Source of the DNA: Mobula hypostoma
Taxonomy: Eukaryota
Length of the DNA: 64,000 nt
Direction of reading: 5' to 3'
Assembly (NCBI RefSeq): GCF_963921235.1
Contig: NC_086097.1
Span: forward strand, 74,402,001 to 74,466,000
Shown here piece after piece: positions 36,546-49,794 of this stretch. The notes below the pieces were generated by a model, which saw nothing but the letters and a program-made list of their open reading frames with translations, was not told the DNA's origin and ran no database searches. Positions within the stretch are counted from its first letter, which is position 1, and every line of letters begins with the position of its first letter. The translations under genes were made by a program, and so were the position numbers.

Positions 36546-36899
36546 CATTGAAGATCACACTCTTAAGGTGCACAACCCCATTACAAATCATGCATCTCAG
36601 CTCATTGCTACAAAAATCAAAATACCCAATTCTTGCTGAGAAAGTACATTTCCTCCCACTTGCTCAGTGAAGCACTCATAGATAGAGGTTGATAGATCAA
36701 ATCCATAGAAACCTACTTGGAACGTTCACTTCATTTCTCTTATTTTCACTCAGAAATGGTTCATTTCCCCATTAATCCAAGGCAGTGGGGTGACTGGCAA
36801 TGATACTACTTTTCATCAATGAACCTGCGTTATTTCAGCGCTGAATATATTTGACATAAATGATGACTTCAAAATTGTGATTTTTAGCTCACTCCACTG

Positions 36900-38190
36900 T
36901 TCATTATTCATTATTCATTTCCATTTGTTCTTGCGAGGTTGGTGGTGAGTTAGCTCCCTTTAGGAACCATTGAAATCTTCAGGGTGAAGTCACTCGATAT
37001 AGCTATCTGATAGAGAGTTTCAACATTTCACCCACCAGGAGCAGAATTAGGCCATTAACCCTATGGAGTCTGCTCCGCTATTCCATCATGGTTGATTTAT
37101 TATCCCTCTCAACCTCATTTTTCTGTCTTCTCCCCACAACCTTTGATGCCCTGACTAATTAAGAACATTCCAACCTCCACTTTAAATATACCCAATGACT
37201 TGACCTCTTCATGGATCTGTGGCCATGAATTCCCGAACTGAAGAATAAGCAGTTATATTATTCCTAGTTCAATGCTGTCAGTGACCCAGATGGAAAATTG
37301 AAGGTGATTGTGTTCTCATAATCCTGAAATTAATCTTGATTCAGCTGCTAGAGGTTACAAATTGGGAGGTGCATGAGAAACCTTAGAAAATTACTGCAAT
37401 CCATAGGTACATAGGAGACAAATTTCACCAACAGAGAGTGGGTAAATGTTGCAGGTGATGAATTGGGTACCCATTAATCTAGTTGCATTCTATTGAACAT
37501 TGTTGAGCTTTCTCTATGATTTTTAGAATTGTGCTCATTCAGACAAATAGGCAATGTCCTTTCACATTTTTGGCTTGAGTTCTGTTGATGATAAAAGACT
37601 TCTGGAAGTCAAGGGATGAATCAGGGCCACAGAACAGACCTCGTCTTACCTGCTCATCTACCCAAAGCATTTATGTGGCTGGCCCTGAGGTGTGGCCGTC
37701 AGCAGCAACAAATTGGACTTTGGTCAGTTTTGGATTCTTCACTGAATGTTGTGGGAAGGTGGTTCAATTCTGTCATTGGTACTTACTAAGCAAACATGGA
37801 TGCTGACCAGGCCCTGTTGAACATCTACATGGACTGTCTGAAAACCAGAGGAATGGCAAATGGAAATCTGTCCAATCATCTGTGGGCTTACTGAGCTCTG
37901 AGATTCTGACGTAGACACAATAATGTTCATGCTTATGCCTCCTCACTGTGTTGAGGACCTTCCAAAATGATACTTTGGAGTAAAAAGGATTAAAATCTAA
38001 CAGTAACAACCATCTCCCTTTCTGCTTGGAAGAAACCTTCTCCCTTTCTAACTAAAGGTGGACACTTTCTTACTCCTTTCCCAATTCTAGTTAGGTTCAT
38101 TTTTTCCCAAAGCTCCTCAATCCCATCCTGTCAAAAGCCGTATTGATTTCAAGCACTGTCACTCTTTATCAGTTGGAATTCTGCTCTTTA
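36900..38190 (-). mobile_element. Old CR1-group LINE remnant with a younger CR1 tail inserted at 37038-37235
   Basis: Same decayed family as 60-600. The nested segment starts ggagcagaattaggccattaaccc and matches the CR1 tails at 7328 and 62765. Confidence 0.55.
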
Positions 38191-38194
38191 GTAC

Positions 38195-39921
38195 CTTACT
38201 TTACTTTATACTTTATTGTCGCCAAGCAATTGATACTAGAACGTACAATCATCACAGCGATATTTGATTCTGCGCTTTGCAAAGTCATAGATAGAAAATA
38301 GAAAAGGGAAAGTTAGGTAGTGCAAAAAAACCAAGAGGCATGTCCGGATATTTGGAGGGTACGGCCCAGATCCAGGTCAGGATCCGTTCAGCAGTCTTAA
38401 CACAGTTGGAAAGAAACTGTTCCCAAATCTAGCCATACGAGTCTTCAAGCTCCTGAGCCTTCTTCTGGAGGGAGGAGGGACAAAAAGTGTGTTGGCTGGA
38501 TGGGTCGTGTCCTTGATTATCCTGGCAGCACTGCTCTGACAGCGTGTGGTGTAAGGTGAGTCCAAGGACAGAAGATTGGTTTGTGTGATGCGCTGGGCTG
38601 TGTTCAAGATCTTCTGCAGCTTCTTCCGGTCTTGGACAGGACAACTTCCATACCAGGTTGTGATGCACCCTAGAAGAATGCTTTCTACGGTGCATCTATA
38701 AAAATTAGTGAGGGTTTTAGGGGACAGGCTAAATTTCTTTAGCTTTCTCAGGAAGTAAAGGCACTGGTGGGCCTTCTTGGCAGTGGTCTCTGCTTGGTTG
38801 GGCCAAGTCAGGTCATTTGTGATATTGATCCCGAGGAACTTAAAGCTTTTGACCTGTTCCACTTGTGCACCACCGATGTAAATGGGGTCGTGCAGTCTGC
38901 TGCTCCTACTGAAGTCAACAACCAATTCCTCCGTCTTGCTGACGTTGAGGGATAGGTTATTGTCTTTGTACCATGCCACCAGGTTCTTAATTTCCTCTCT
39001 GTACACAAATTCATCATTACCCGAGATACAGCCTACAATTGTGGTGTCATCAGCAAACTTATATATTGAGTTTGACGGAAACTTGGCTACACAAACATAG
39101 GTGTACAGTGAGTACAGCAGGGGGCTGAGTACACAGCCTTGTGGGTACAGCCGTTGACCTGTTTCTCCGGTAGACAAATTGCAAAGCGTCGAGGTTGACT
39201 GGTAGGCTGTGGTTGATGTGTGCCATAACCAATCGCTCGAAGCACTTCATAGCAATTGATGTCAGAGCCACAGGTCGATAGTCATTCAGGGATGTCACCT
39301 CGCTCTTCTTCGGCACTGGGATTATCGTTGCCTTCTTAAAACATGAGGGGATCTTAGACTGAAGCAAGGAGCAGTTGAAGATGTCAGCAAACACTCCAGC
39401 TTGCTCGATTGCACAGGCCCGGAGAACCCGTCCCCGGACGCCATCTTGGCCCATTGCCTTCCTTGGATTTATCTTCAGGAAGGCCCTTCTAACGTCCTCC
39501 TTGGTGACGATGAATCTTGATGCCACCAGGTTTGGTTCATCCGGAGGGAGAGGGACGCTCCGAATCTTGTGTAGAATACGTTAAGTTCGTCAGGAAGAGA
39601 AGCGTCACAGTTATTGATATTCCCAGCCTTTTCTTTGCACCCAGTGATCTCATTTATACCCTGCCATAGTCTACTGGCATCCCTCTGGTTAGCCTGGGCT
39701 TCCAACTTGGCTCGATATTGCCTCTTAGCGCCCTTAATGGCTTTCCGGAGTTCACGCCTGGATTCTGTGTAGCGACTGGTATCCCTGGACCTAAAAGCCA
39801 CAGCTCTAGCCTTCAAAAGAGACTTGACCTCATAATTCATCCAAGGTTTCTGTTTAGGGAATACCCGGATCTCCTTGCGAGACACACAGTCCTCTGTGCA
39901 TTTCCAGATAAAGTCTGTATA
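38195..39921 (-). mobile_element. Young Rex1/Babar LINE, 5'-truncated with an internal RT deletion
   Basis: ORFs 39475-39885 (FPKQKPWMN), 39059-39526 (NDYRPVALTSIAMKCFERLV) and 38377-39177 (PQGCVLSPLLYSLYT, KFADDTT, FKFLG, CLYFLRKLK). CpG-rich, with a (taaag)n tail near 38195-38212. Confidence 0.95.
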
Positions 39922-40450
39922 GGTTTATAATGAAGTTTGGAGTTGCGTGGTCTTAGGTAATCTATCAATGAGCAGACTTTTATTAAATAAGAGCTGTTAT
40001 ACAGCCCCACCAACAATACCTGCACTTTATTGATGTTTGAGAACAGACAATTAGGTTTTCATAAGTACTTTTCCATTTTGCATATGAATGTCAGGTATAA
40101 AGGTGTCCTAGAATGGCTTGGCTACTGGGATGGCCCTTTCTGCCAATAATGGTCTTGGAATTTGAATAGGAAGGAAAGCATATTGATCATAAACTTGGAA
40201 ACTCCTGCACTTAGTTCACTCTGGTATCTTGTGTACTTTGACAAAACGCCCAGTAGGGAGAAGCTGAGACATTGTCTAAAGAATAATACACTATTTGCTT
40301 GCAAACATTGAGAGGATGTCATTTGAGGTTAGCCGATAGCATTTTACAATTTTTACAGAGGAAAATATGAGCAAGGAGGAAATAAAAGTGGTTTAAGTGA
40401 AAAAGAGCAAATAAGTTTCTTGAACAACATGTCAAACCACAAACCATTAC

Positions 40451-40518
40451 CTGGAAAAGATCCAGTCTTTGAAAAGGAGAATCCTGGTTTGCACACTTGC
40501 ACTTGGTAGTAACAGATC
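40451..40518 (-). other. Candidate 68-bp internal exon of an unidentified host transcript
   Basis: Acceptor ttgacctttgctttctcag|G and donor CAG|gtaatg. All three frames are open, the region is TE-poor, and I do not recognise the product. Confidence 0.3.
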
Positions 40519-41549
40519 CTGAGAAAGCAAAGGTCAAGGCACTAAAATTCAACCATTCTTTCTACTTGACAGGACTATGACATTGTGCAGGTTTCTTTCA
40601 GTCTTCAGAATTATCTTTATATCTTGAATTCAGGCTTGGATCTAGGTAACAATTCTAGAGATGAGTCAAAGAGTAAGCAAGAGCATGTCTGAGGCTGGAA
40701 GAGCTCAAACAAGCAATAGTGATGTGACAGAAATAATTCAGCACACCATCATTGCTTCTGCAAATGATTAAATCCTCAATTACTGAGCATCCATTGCAAA
40801 TGTTAGACTAGTCTCCTTTATGTAATATCTTCTTTTGACTTCTCCACTAGTTTAATCATAGAAGGCAAAGCAAACTGCAGCTTTAATCAACAAATAGATT
40901 TTGATGTTTAACATGTATCCTTTTCATCTTTTATTATAGCAATACAACATCAGTCTTTAAATATTTCAAGCATGTGGGTTAAATAGAAAGAATTCCTGCT
41001 CTACATGTTGTATTTTATCCCTTGCTTCCCAGCTCAGGCTAGATTTTATGTCAAGGCCCCTGTGTTATAGATATATCAACAGGGTTTCATGATTAAAAAA
41101 AGCAAGATCTATGATGCAGTAAATACATGGGATAATGTGCAACCTTATCACAATGTTCAGCCTTATCACAATTTTACTCTTTGGAAATTCTGTTATTAGA
41201 AATTTCCACTTTTTGCATTCATGGATACACAAATCTTAACATGCTTGTTCACTTTAGCTCCAAGAATGAGACATATTCTCACAAATTACAGGCAGAATCA
41301 GGAAAATGACATCAGTAAATGGCAACATTTCAACTGAGTATTCATAACACCAAAATGTTTTGAAAGGGTAAACTATAATAAGATTCCATAGAGCAATCTA
41401 CTTTGGGTTCACAGCTTGTTTTAATATACTGTAGTCAACCCTAAAGTTCTTATCATTGTCTGCTGTCATGAATCACATGATCCTTCATCAGTAGTTCATC
41501 AGTAAGTTTGTGCCAATCTCAGAGTTTAAAAGGATAAAGCATCGATGTT

Positions 41550-42070
41550 TTAGCCCCCTTATCTAAAAGATGTGCTGGCATGGGAGAGGGTCCAGAGGAG
41601 ATTCACAAGAATGCTTCTGGGAATGAAAAGGTTAACATATGAAGAGTGTTTGATGGCCCTGGGTCTGTTAGAAGAATGAGGGAGGGATGTCATTGAAACT
41701 TATTGAATATTTAAAGGGCTGAATAGAGTGGATGTGAGGAGAATGTTTCCTATGGTGGTTGAGTCTATGACCACAGGGCACAGCCTCAGAACACAGGGAC
41801 TTCAACCTCGAACAGAGACAAAGAGGAATTCCTTTAGCCAGAAGGTAGTAAATCTATGAAATTCAGTGCCACAGACAGCTGTGTAGGCCAAGACATTGAG
41901 TTTATTTAAAGCAGAGAAAGGTGATAGGTTCTTGATTAGTGAGGGTGTCAAAGGTTGTGGATGGCAGGGGAATGGGGTTGAGAGGGAAATGAATCAGCCA
42001 TGATGGAATGGCAAAGCAGACTCGATGGGCCGAATGGCCTAATTCTGTTCCTATGTCTTATGCTATTATG
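41550..42070 (+). mobile_element. CR1 LINE 3' end
   Basis: ERVQRRFTRML, GHSLR, and the 3' UTR gactcgatgggccgaatggcctaattctgttcctatgtcttatg. Confidence 0.9.
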
Positions 42071-44774
42071 TTCTTACTATGACATCGCTCTTATTGGATT
42101 GCAAGTTATCACAATACTTGAAATTATTTGTTGATGGAAATGACAACTGAGTCTCTAAAAAGTGTTAGTGAGACTGGCCTGAAAAGTTTAGCATTCATTG
42201 GAAAGTGACAAGATATTACATACAGACATTCTTACTAAATTGTCTGGGAGTCCTGTTCATTTCGATATACATCACTAATGTTTTCAAGTGTGTTTAAATC
42301 ATGTGTTTATAGTAATTTCTAATCAGCCATTCTCAAGCTTCCTCTTAAACTGTTTACATTCATAATCAGTAGGTGATTTCTGTGAACTCTTGCCCAGTTT
42401 GAAGCAAGGCAAATAAATTATAGCAATAAAATGTAAATAACCTTTGAACTTGAAGGGACCACATCATTACCACAATTAAAGTTAAGCCAGTATACGTTTA
42501 CATATAGGGTTTTGAAAAGAAATCAAGGTACTAGGTTAGGAATAATGCTAAACTGGATATTAATCATTAAATATTCTCCTTACTTTAACTTAAACCTTCA
42601 TTTATATAAAGTGAATATTAAAAGTGCTGATTTTCTGTTTATGTCAATCATACTAATCTGTGGTAATATGATTTTTAAAAATATTTATTTATTTAACCTA
42701 TATTTAAATCATTTACTTCATGTAAGTTATTTCTAAAAAGGCATTAAAAGAATTCTTTCAAATTGCAGTGTAATATTTTGAAATGTTTCCTTTCTAAATA
42801 ATTTCAGTTGCTTAATTCTGAAAGGTTTAAACAAGCTCTGCATATAGTAACTAGCAGATAATCGATCCAGCTTTAAAGGACACAGATAATTACCATGATG
42901 AGCACAGAAAAATAGTCTTTAAAGGAAAAAACAGTTGATGATTATGTCTTCTGTCCTCGACATCACAAACATTAAAGGAGAGAGATTCCATTACTTCTAG
43001 CTTTACTACAAATCCTATCAGCAAAGTTCTGATATTCCCAAAGATTTTTGGCTGTGATTCTTTATGCAAAGAAACAATCTGCTTGTGTCTAGGGATCTTT
43101 GATGGGCCTTTTCTAGAAGATGAATAAGCGGCTTCTGCCTGACTCTGTAAGAGTAGAATCTGGCATGCAGAGAACAGACATGCACTCCAGTGTCTGATGT
43201 GGCAGAGGGGCAAAAAAAAAGATTCTTTTATCCAATCTATTTCTGAAGTCTGCAGCTGTCAGTTATTTTTCTGTCACCACTCTTATCAGCATGATTATAC
43301 ACATATATTAGCTCTAATACAGAAAAAAGCTCCATAGATATGTTTGGAAGAATGGTGCCACCATTAAGATAGTTTTGTCTGGTCACATAATTATAAAATT
43401 GTCTACAAAAACATCTTAACAATTGTGTGGCTGAAGCACAGTGGTTTATTATCCAGTGCCAGAGGCTCCACATTTATAACCTTCTTTCTTTTATTTCATA
43501 ATATCTCTCTGTTCCTGTCCTACTTGGAGTGTGAAGTGTCAGAGTGTATCACTGCCCGTACTTAAGCCACTCTTCTATTTGGACTGAAAAGAAAGGGCTG
43601 CAGATTTGCTACCGGCAAGCAGTCTTACAGGTCAGAACTCTGACACTGAATCACTGTAATTCGACAGCTCTGCATATTCAATAGCCTTTCTCAGGCCTAC
43701 AGACTGTACAATATTCAAACAACTTTTGTGATAAAAAAAGCTTATATTAATCTCACGTCAAAGAATTGATCGAGAGTTATTAAATTAACCAGGCATTATC
43801 AGCAGGTTGTTACTAATATCCTGCAGCAGCTAAGAAGAATCATCAATGGAAGTTTCTTCTCAGAGTGGTAAGAAAACTAATTATATGAGGTGCTGAAAGA
43901 AAATGATGAGCAAACAATAAAGTTACAGCTGTTACATCAAAACAATGCCATTTTCTTTGAATCATCCATATTCTAAAATAAATGATTTAGATCAGGATAT
44001 TCATTATGCAGAAATACAGGCAATCATTAGTGTAATTCACACAACTAAATCTAATTTCCCCCTTGGTTTTATTCCACTGTTCACTATTAAGTCATTTAAC
44101 ATGACCCATCTGATTTCTATATGGTTGTGAATATTTGATAACATTTAATATGTTATATTAATTTGAAAAATCCTGGATTAGTCCTATGAGGCAGGGTTTA
44201 AAAAGAGAGCAGAAAGGCAGTTAGTCTGGAAGTGATGGCGGTATTTCACAACTGATGTCAGCAATAGGAGGGAGAGTTTCTGAGAACAAAATATAAAACT
44301 CAATGCAAAAATACTTGTCTATAATATGGTTAGCCTTGAATAATAGTGAATGCAAGGCAACTTCCTCTTTGCAAAATAAACCTTCTTTACCAGTGAGGTT
44401 CAATAACAAATCAATAGATCAGGGTCTCCCTTCCATAGATTAGGGTCAAGGACAAACAGTAGACAGTATTCTTTCCACTGAGTTAGAGCAGCAAGGCCAT
44501 AAACCACAGCAATGCATCTCAGTGCTGAGATTCAGAAAGTTTGTTACAATACACTGGCTATCATGTGCATACACCTTTGATATGAGCCAGGCCAACTGTG
44601 CATTACATGTATAACTAACATCCAGATCATGTAATCTATTCTCAGGTGACATTGACTTGATGTCAGCAATCTCAAACAGGTATTCAGTGCTCTCATGAAC
44701 AGGTTCATGCTCTCTTGTGACAAGAAACCAAGTATGTGTTCAATGGGGAACCACCTACAACACAATTTACAGTA

Positions 44775-45218
44775 TATAGTTAGGGTACCTGAGACTTTTG
44801 CACAGTATTGTATTTGTCAATATGGAATGGAGAGCAAGTTTGGCGGGAGCAAGGGATGTTGGGAAAGGCGAGGGTGGAAGGTCATGGAAGGGGTGTAGGA
44901 CGGGTGGCAGAGGAGGAGTGGCAGGGGTGGGGATGGCACTCCCAGCCCTCAGTCACCAGACAAGGGTATTTGATTGCAAACAAGTTCCTCTCCCCTCTCA
45001 CTTTCCTCTCCCTTCTCTTTTTACCAATCATGATTCCCCTCCACCTGTCCCCTTCCCATTGTCAGTCCACAATAAAAATCTGTATCAGAATCAGGTTTAT
45101 CGTCACTCACCTATGTCATGAAATTTGTTTTTTTTTGTGGCAGCAGTACAGTGCAGTGCTGTGCAAAAGTCTTAGGCATCCTAGCTGTATGTATGTGCCT
45201 CAGATATTTTGCACAGTC
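44775..45218. mobile_element. Composite element with Tc1/mariner-like inverted repeats
   Basis: cagtgctgtgcaaaagtcttaggca (about 45152-45178) has inverted counterparts at about 45194-45218 (gtgcctcagatattttgcacagt) and about 44775-44812 (tagggtacctgagacttttgcacagtattg). Confidence 0.65.
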
Positions 45219-47759
45219 CCATATAAAATTGTTAATCTGATAGGAGTCACTGTGTAAGGCAACAGACAAGTTTGTCTCAAATACACGAACATCAGGACAG
45301 ACTGATGCTCTCAGTGAGAAACCACATCAATTCAAGGAATTCACAATGTGGTTCTCCTACCCAGTCCTCAGTGAAGAACAATACATGAGGAACGGTACTT
45401 TGATAAGGATGCCTCCACTGAAGTCTGCCTCCTGCTTCAGTGTCACAGCAAGTTGAAAACCTCTTTATCATGAATTGTCATGGCTGCCTAGTCTACATAC
45501 TGTATATTAATGTGTTCAGGTTGACCTGGTGTGGTACTGATGTCTGCACACATCATAATTTTCTTCTTCTATTGAAAAACATCAATTATTACCATTCTAT
45601 TCCAGAACTGAACACATTTTTGTTCTCAGCAGCAGCAGTTAGATTGAGGACTGCTTTATTATACAAGGAGATTCCAGTTGTGCAAAGTTGTTTTGGGCAG
45701 TCAAAGATATACCACAGACAGAGGGGCTGCTTTTGCTTTTTTTTTTATTATGGAAGAACTACTAAAGGTTCTTAATGTTATGGTAAATCAACATCGAGTA
45801 CACCGGCTGCAGTCACAATGCCTTCTTTCTGTGGCAGGCCACTGTAACTTATGCAAGGGTTATTACCAACAACATGCGTTTTGACTATGTTTGGAGCTCA
45901 TACACATGGAATCATCATGCACGAGGAAGCGGATCAGTGCTGCTCATAAACCACTGTGAAGTGGGATTCAGTATCCATCAGTACTCTGTTGTATCCTAGA
46001 TAGTCACACCATTACAATGCTTTTTTTAGATTGATTGATTTTTAAGTAATGTTGAATGTTTCATTGCATCAGTGACATTTAGAAGCATACCAAGGTTTAG
46101 CAATTAGAGATTTTATTCTGGTCCATTAGTCAAGGCTTCACCATTTAGTGCTTACCAGAAAGTTGTCATTGGGAATCTGCAAAGTTGAATCTGTGCATTT
46201 TCCATACGTCACCACCAAGGTTCACTACAGCAGCAATTTTGATTCAATGTATAAAACAAGCAAGCTGAATTCAATGTTCTGCCTGTGCAAGCAGAACAGG
46301 CACAATTCATTACGTATTGCAACCCATGTCTATTTAATTTGGCTTTCCTGTTACTTGGGCATAGCAAGTAATTGTGAAACATCAAAACTGTGTGGATCAA
46401 TGTATGTAGTGGTAAATATGGCATCTTGCCAGATGCAAATTGAAATTACACCTTCAACCAACATGGCTGGAACAGATTGGTTTATCAGTGCAGGATCTTG
46501 TTCCGTGCAAATGTACTGTTACATTTGGCTTTCAACCAAGAGCAACCACATATCCAATGTAACCAATTATCCTGGTACATGGACCTAATGTGAAAGGTGT
46601 AACAAGGATAATTTTAAACACAATAGATTGTAAAAATCAAGGGTGATATATTTGGGGTAAAAGGCTGTAGTGATGCAAATGTGAATGACATCATAAATGA
46701 ACATGAAAGCAAGCTGGAGCTTGGGGCCATTTCTGTGGTAAATCAACTTCTCCATGCAAATACCTTTAATATAACGTAAATAGGTAAATACTGAAAATAT
46801 TGTCCCAAAGCAGAGTATGTTTTTCCTGCAATTCCCATGTAGTTAAGCTGAGTACCAGGCACAAGAGTGAACAAGCAGCCTGAAATCAATGTTCCGTTCT
46901 TTTGAATGGAGAACAACAGCTTTGAACAGAGGATAGGTATTAGGCATTTAGCAGATTTTATTAAATTGGATTTGTAAAATGTGTCAATTACTCTTAAAAA
47001 TAGATTAATTAATTCTAAAATACTCATTGTACTAATATCTCCTCATCTATATATTGGTTTTGAAAACATTATTTCTCAATGTCAAGCTCATTTGGAAACA
47101 TTCAAAGCCAATGACTGGTTTAACAGCTGGCTAAACCTGAGGGCGTAGATTAATCAGCTGTCGAAGATCTTTCAGCCACCCCCGTACAAAATGGCATTGC
47201 TTGATACATGGCTTCTCTATTTAGGATAACAATAACACTTGCCAGCAGATCTGCAGAAGTTAATTACCACATCGGTCAGCAACAGTGGGTAATTCCCCAC
47301 TGGCTGAGTTCAAGCTGGAGCTGTCTGCTGCCAAATTACATTCTTACAGAATGAGTGAAGTTTCATTTTATATAAGAAAAACAACAAAGCAAAAGCTATT
47401 CTTTGTTGTGGTGATTTTGAATGGAAGAGTGTTAGAAAGATAAAAAGAAATAAATCGGATGAATTGAAAAGTCTCCAGTGCAAGGGAAGTTGAGAGCTGA
47501 GAGAGGCTAATTAGGATGGTCCGTTCAGAGAGATGGTGCCTAATGCCCTCCTCTGTGCTCAATGATTCTGTCATGGTCTGAACTTGGTTCTGGTTATCAA
47601 GGGCCTCCAGATAAATATACAGCCCAAGAAACAATATTCAAGTGCTTACTACATTTAGTTCTAGACCTGATTAAGACAATACACTGCTATCAATTATAGT
47701 GAATTATTTATTCCTCCAAGATTCATGCCAAGTTCTCCCATAATTTTCTGCTTGAATCT

Positions 47760-48905
47760 TGAACCATGAGACCATAAGACATAGGAGGAGAATTAGGCCA
47801 TTCAACCCATTGAATCTGTTTAGCCATTCCATCATGGCTGATCCTGGATCCCACTCAACCCCACACACCTGCCTTCTCACCATATCCTTTGATGCCCTGG
47901 CCAATCAGGAAATGGGCAACTTCTGCTGTAAGTATACACATGGACTTGCCCTCCACTGTAGTCTGTGGTAAAGCATTCCATAGATTTACTACTCACTGGA
48001 TTTTTTAAAAAATCCTCCTTACCTCTGTTCTAAAGGGTTGCCCCTCAATTTTGAGGCTGTGCCCTCTGGTTCTGGATACCTCCACTATAGGAACATACAG
48101 TCCACATCCACCCTATCTAATCCTTTCAATATTCCATAAGTTTCAACAAGATCCCCCACATTCTTCTATGTTCCACTGAGTACAGGCCCAAAGCAGCAAA
48201 ACACTCCTCAAATGTTAACCCCTTCATTCCCGGAATCATCCTCATGCATCTCCTCCGGACTCTCTCCAATGACAACACATCCTTTCTGAGCTATGGGCTC
48301 AAAATTGGTGATAATACTCTAAGTGCAGTCTGACTAGTGTCTTATAAAGGCTCAGTGTTATCTTCTTGCTTTTATATTCTATTCCCCTTGAAATAAATAA
48401 CAACATTGCATTTACCTTCTTTACCACAGACTCAACCTGTAAATTAACCTTCTGAGAGTCTTGCACAAGGACTCCCAAGTTCCTCTGCACCTCTGATGTT
48501 TGAACCTTCTCCCCATTTAGCTAATAGACTGCATTATTGTTCCTTTTACCAAAATGCACTATCATACATTTCGCAACACTGCATTCCATCTGCCATTTTT
48601 CCCATTCTTCCAATTTGTCTAAGACCTGCTGCAATTACATTGCTTCCTCGGCACTACCTATCCCTTCACCTTTCTTCATATCATCTGCAAACTTTGCCAC
48701 AGAGTCATCAATCCCATTATCTACATCACTGGCTAACAATGTGAAAAGCAGTGGTCCCAATACTGACCCCTGAGGAACACCAGTAGTCACTGGCAGCCAA
48801 GCAGAAAAGGCCCCCTTTATTCCCACTCGTTGCCACCTGCCTGTCAGCCATTCCGCTATCCATGCCAGTATCTTTCCTATAACGCTATAGGAATTTATCT
48901 TTCTA
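47760..48905 (-). mobile_element. CR1 LINE, RT to 3' end
   Basis: GVPQGSVLGPLLF, KFADD and LYKTLVRLHLEY, plus the CR1 tail. Confidence 0.92.
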
Positions 48906-49702
48906 TTCCCAAAACAACATCCAATGTTACTTACCAAAGTCACAAGTGATTTTCTCTGTCACTGACCACATAATTCTCCCTTAACATCATTTTCCTTGTT
49001 GTGTCACTTGGTGGGATTAATACCCCCGCTCTGACCCTCTCCAGTCTCATTATGATCAGATGAGGTCATCCAAAGACACCAGACAAAACCTTTCCATTCG
49101 AACAATGCCACCCATTATTTTTTTAGGTTCAGTCTATCTCCTGCCGAAAACCTCATCTTTGCCTCTTAATTCCAAACCTGACTATTGTAACACTCCATGG
49201 TCAGCCTCCTATCCCATACTCTCATCCACTCCCTATTTTCACCTTGTAAGTCCCATACATCATCAGTCCAGTTCTCCTTCCCAGAGTGTGCTGAACTTCC
49301 TTTGCACACAGACACCTCTCCAGTGCAAAAAAAAAATATGTGCCAGCTTCTCAAATTCGGTAGCATTTCTTCTGTTCACCTCAGCTTTGTTGGTAATCTG
49401 GATTTCTCAATTTGAAATTTCATAATTCCTACCCAATCTCATTTGTAAGACTCTTTAGTCCTTTGCCAAATTTATTTACACCATAGAAGAGCTTTTCAAA
49501 TACAGTATCAAATGCAAAATATTAATTTATATAAATGCAGAGTATTGTTGCAAAGCATGAATATGAACTGGAATTGCATTTTTCAGCTCCTTCTGTTTTA
49601 ATGCAAAAAAAAGTACACAGACCAAAGTTCAGTTTATTATACAGTATGTGCCCTGTGAGTTCTGAAGCCAATTTGTGTTGAATAGCAATTAATACCTTTG
49701 TT

Positions 49703-49770
49703 CAAGCAGCACACATAAAAGTTGCGGGTGAACGCAGCAGGCCAGGCAGCATCTCTAGGAATCCATACTA
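49703..49770 (-). mobile_element. Partial short PLE unit
   Basis: caagcagcacacataaaagttgcgggtgaacgcagcaggccaggcagcatct matches the family tail. The hammerhead part is missing. Confidence 0.65.
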
Positions 49771-49794
49771 CAATTGATGTTTGATGAAGCACTC

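Noticed and set aside
38377..39177. 266-aa ORF as a functional host reverse transcriptase gene
   Set aside because: It is the C-terminal part of a 5'-truncated Rex1 with an internal deletion, and its start codon is an artefact of the junction.
41143..41172. Direct repeat CCTTATCACAAT x2 (paired GATA-like sites)
   Set aside because: Most simply a small local duplication, with no other evidence of function.
42890..46588. ORFs of 100-150 codons (42890-43213, 44808-45257, 45440-45775, 46148-46588)
   Set aside because: No recognisable domain, and the composition is typical of chance ORFs in non-coding DNA.
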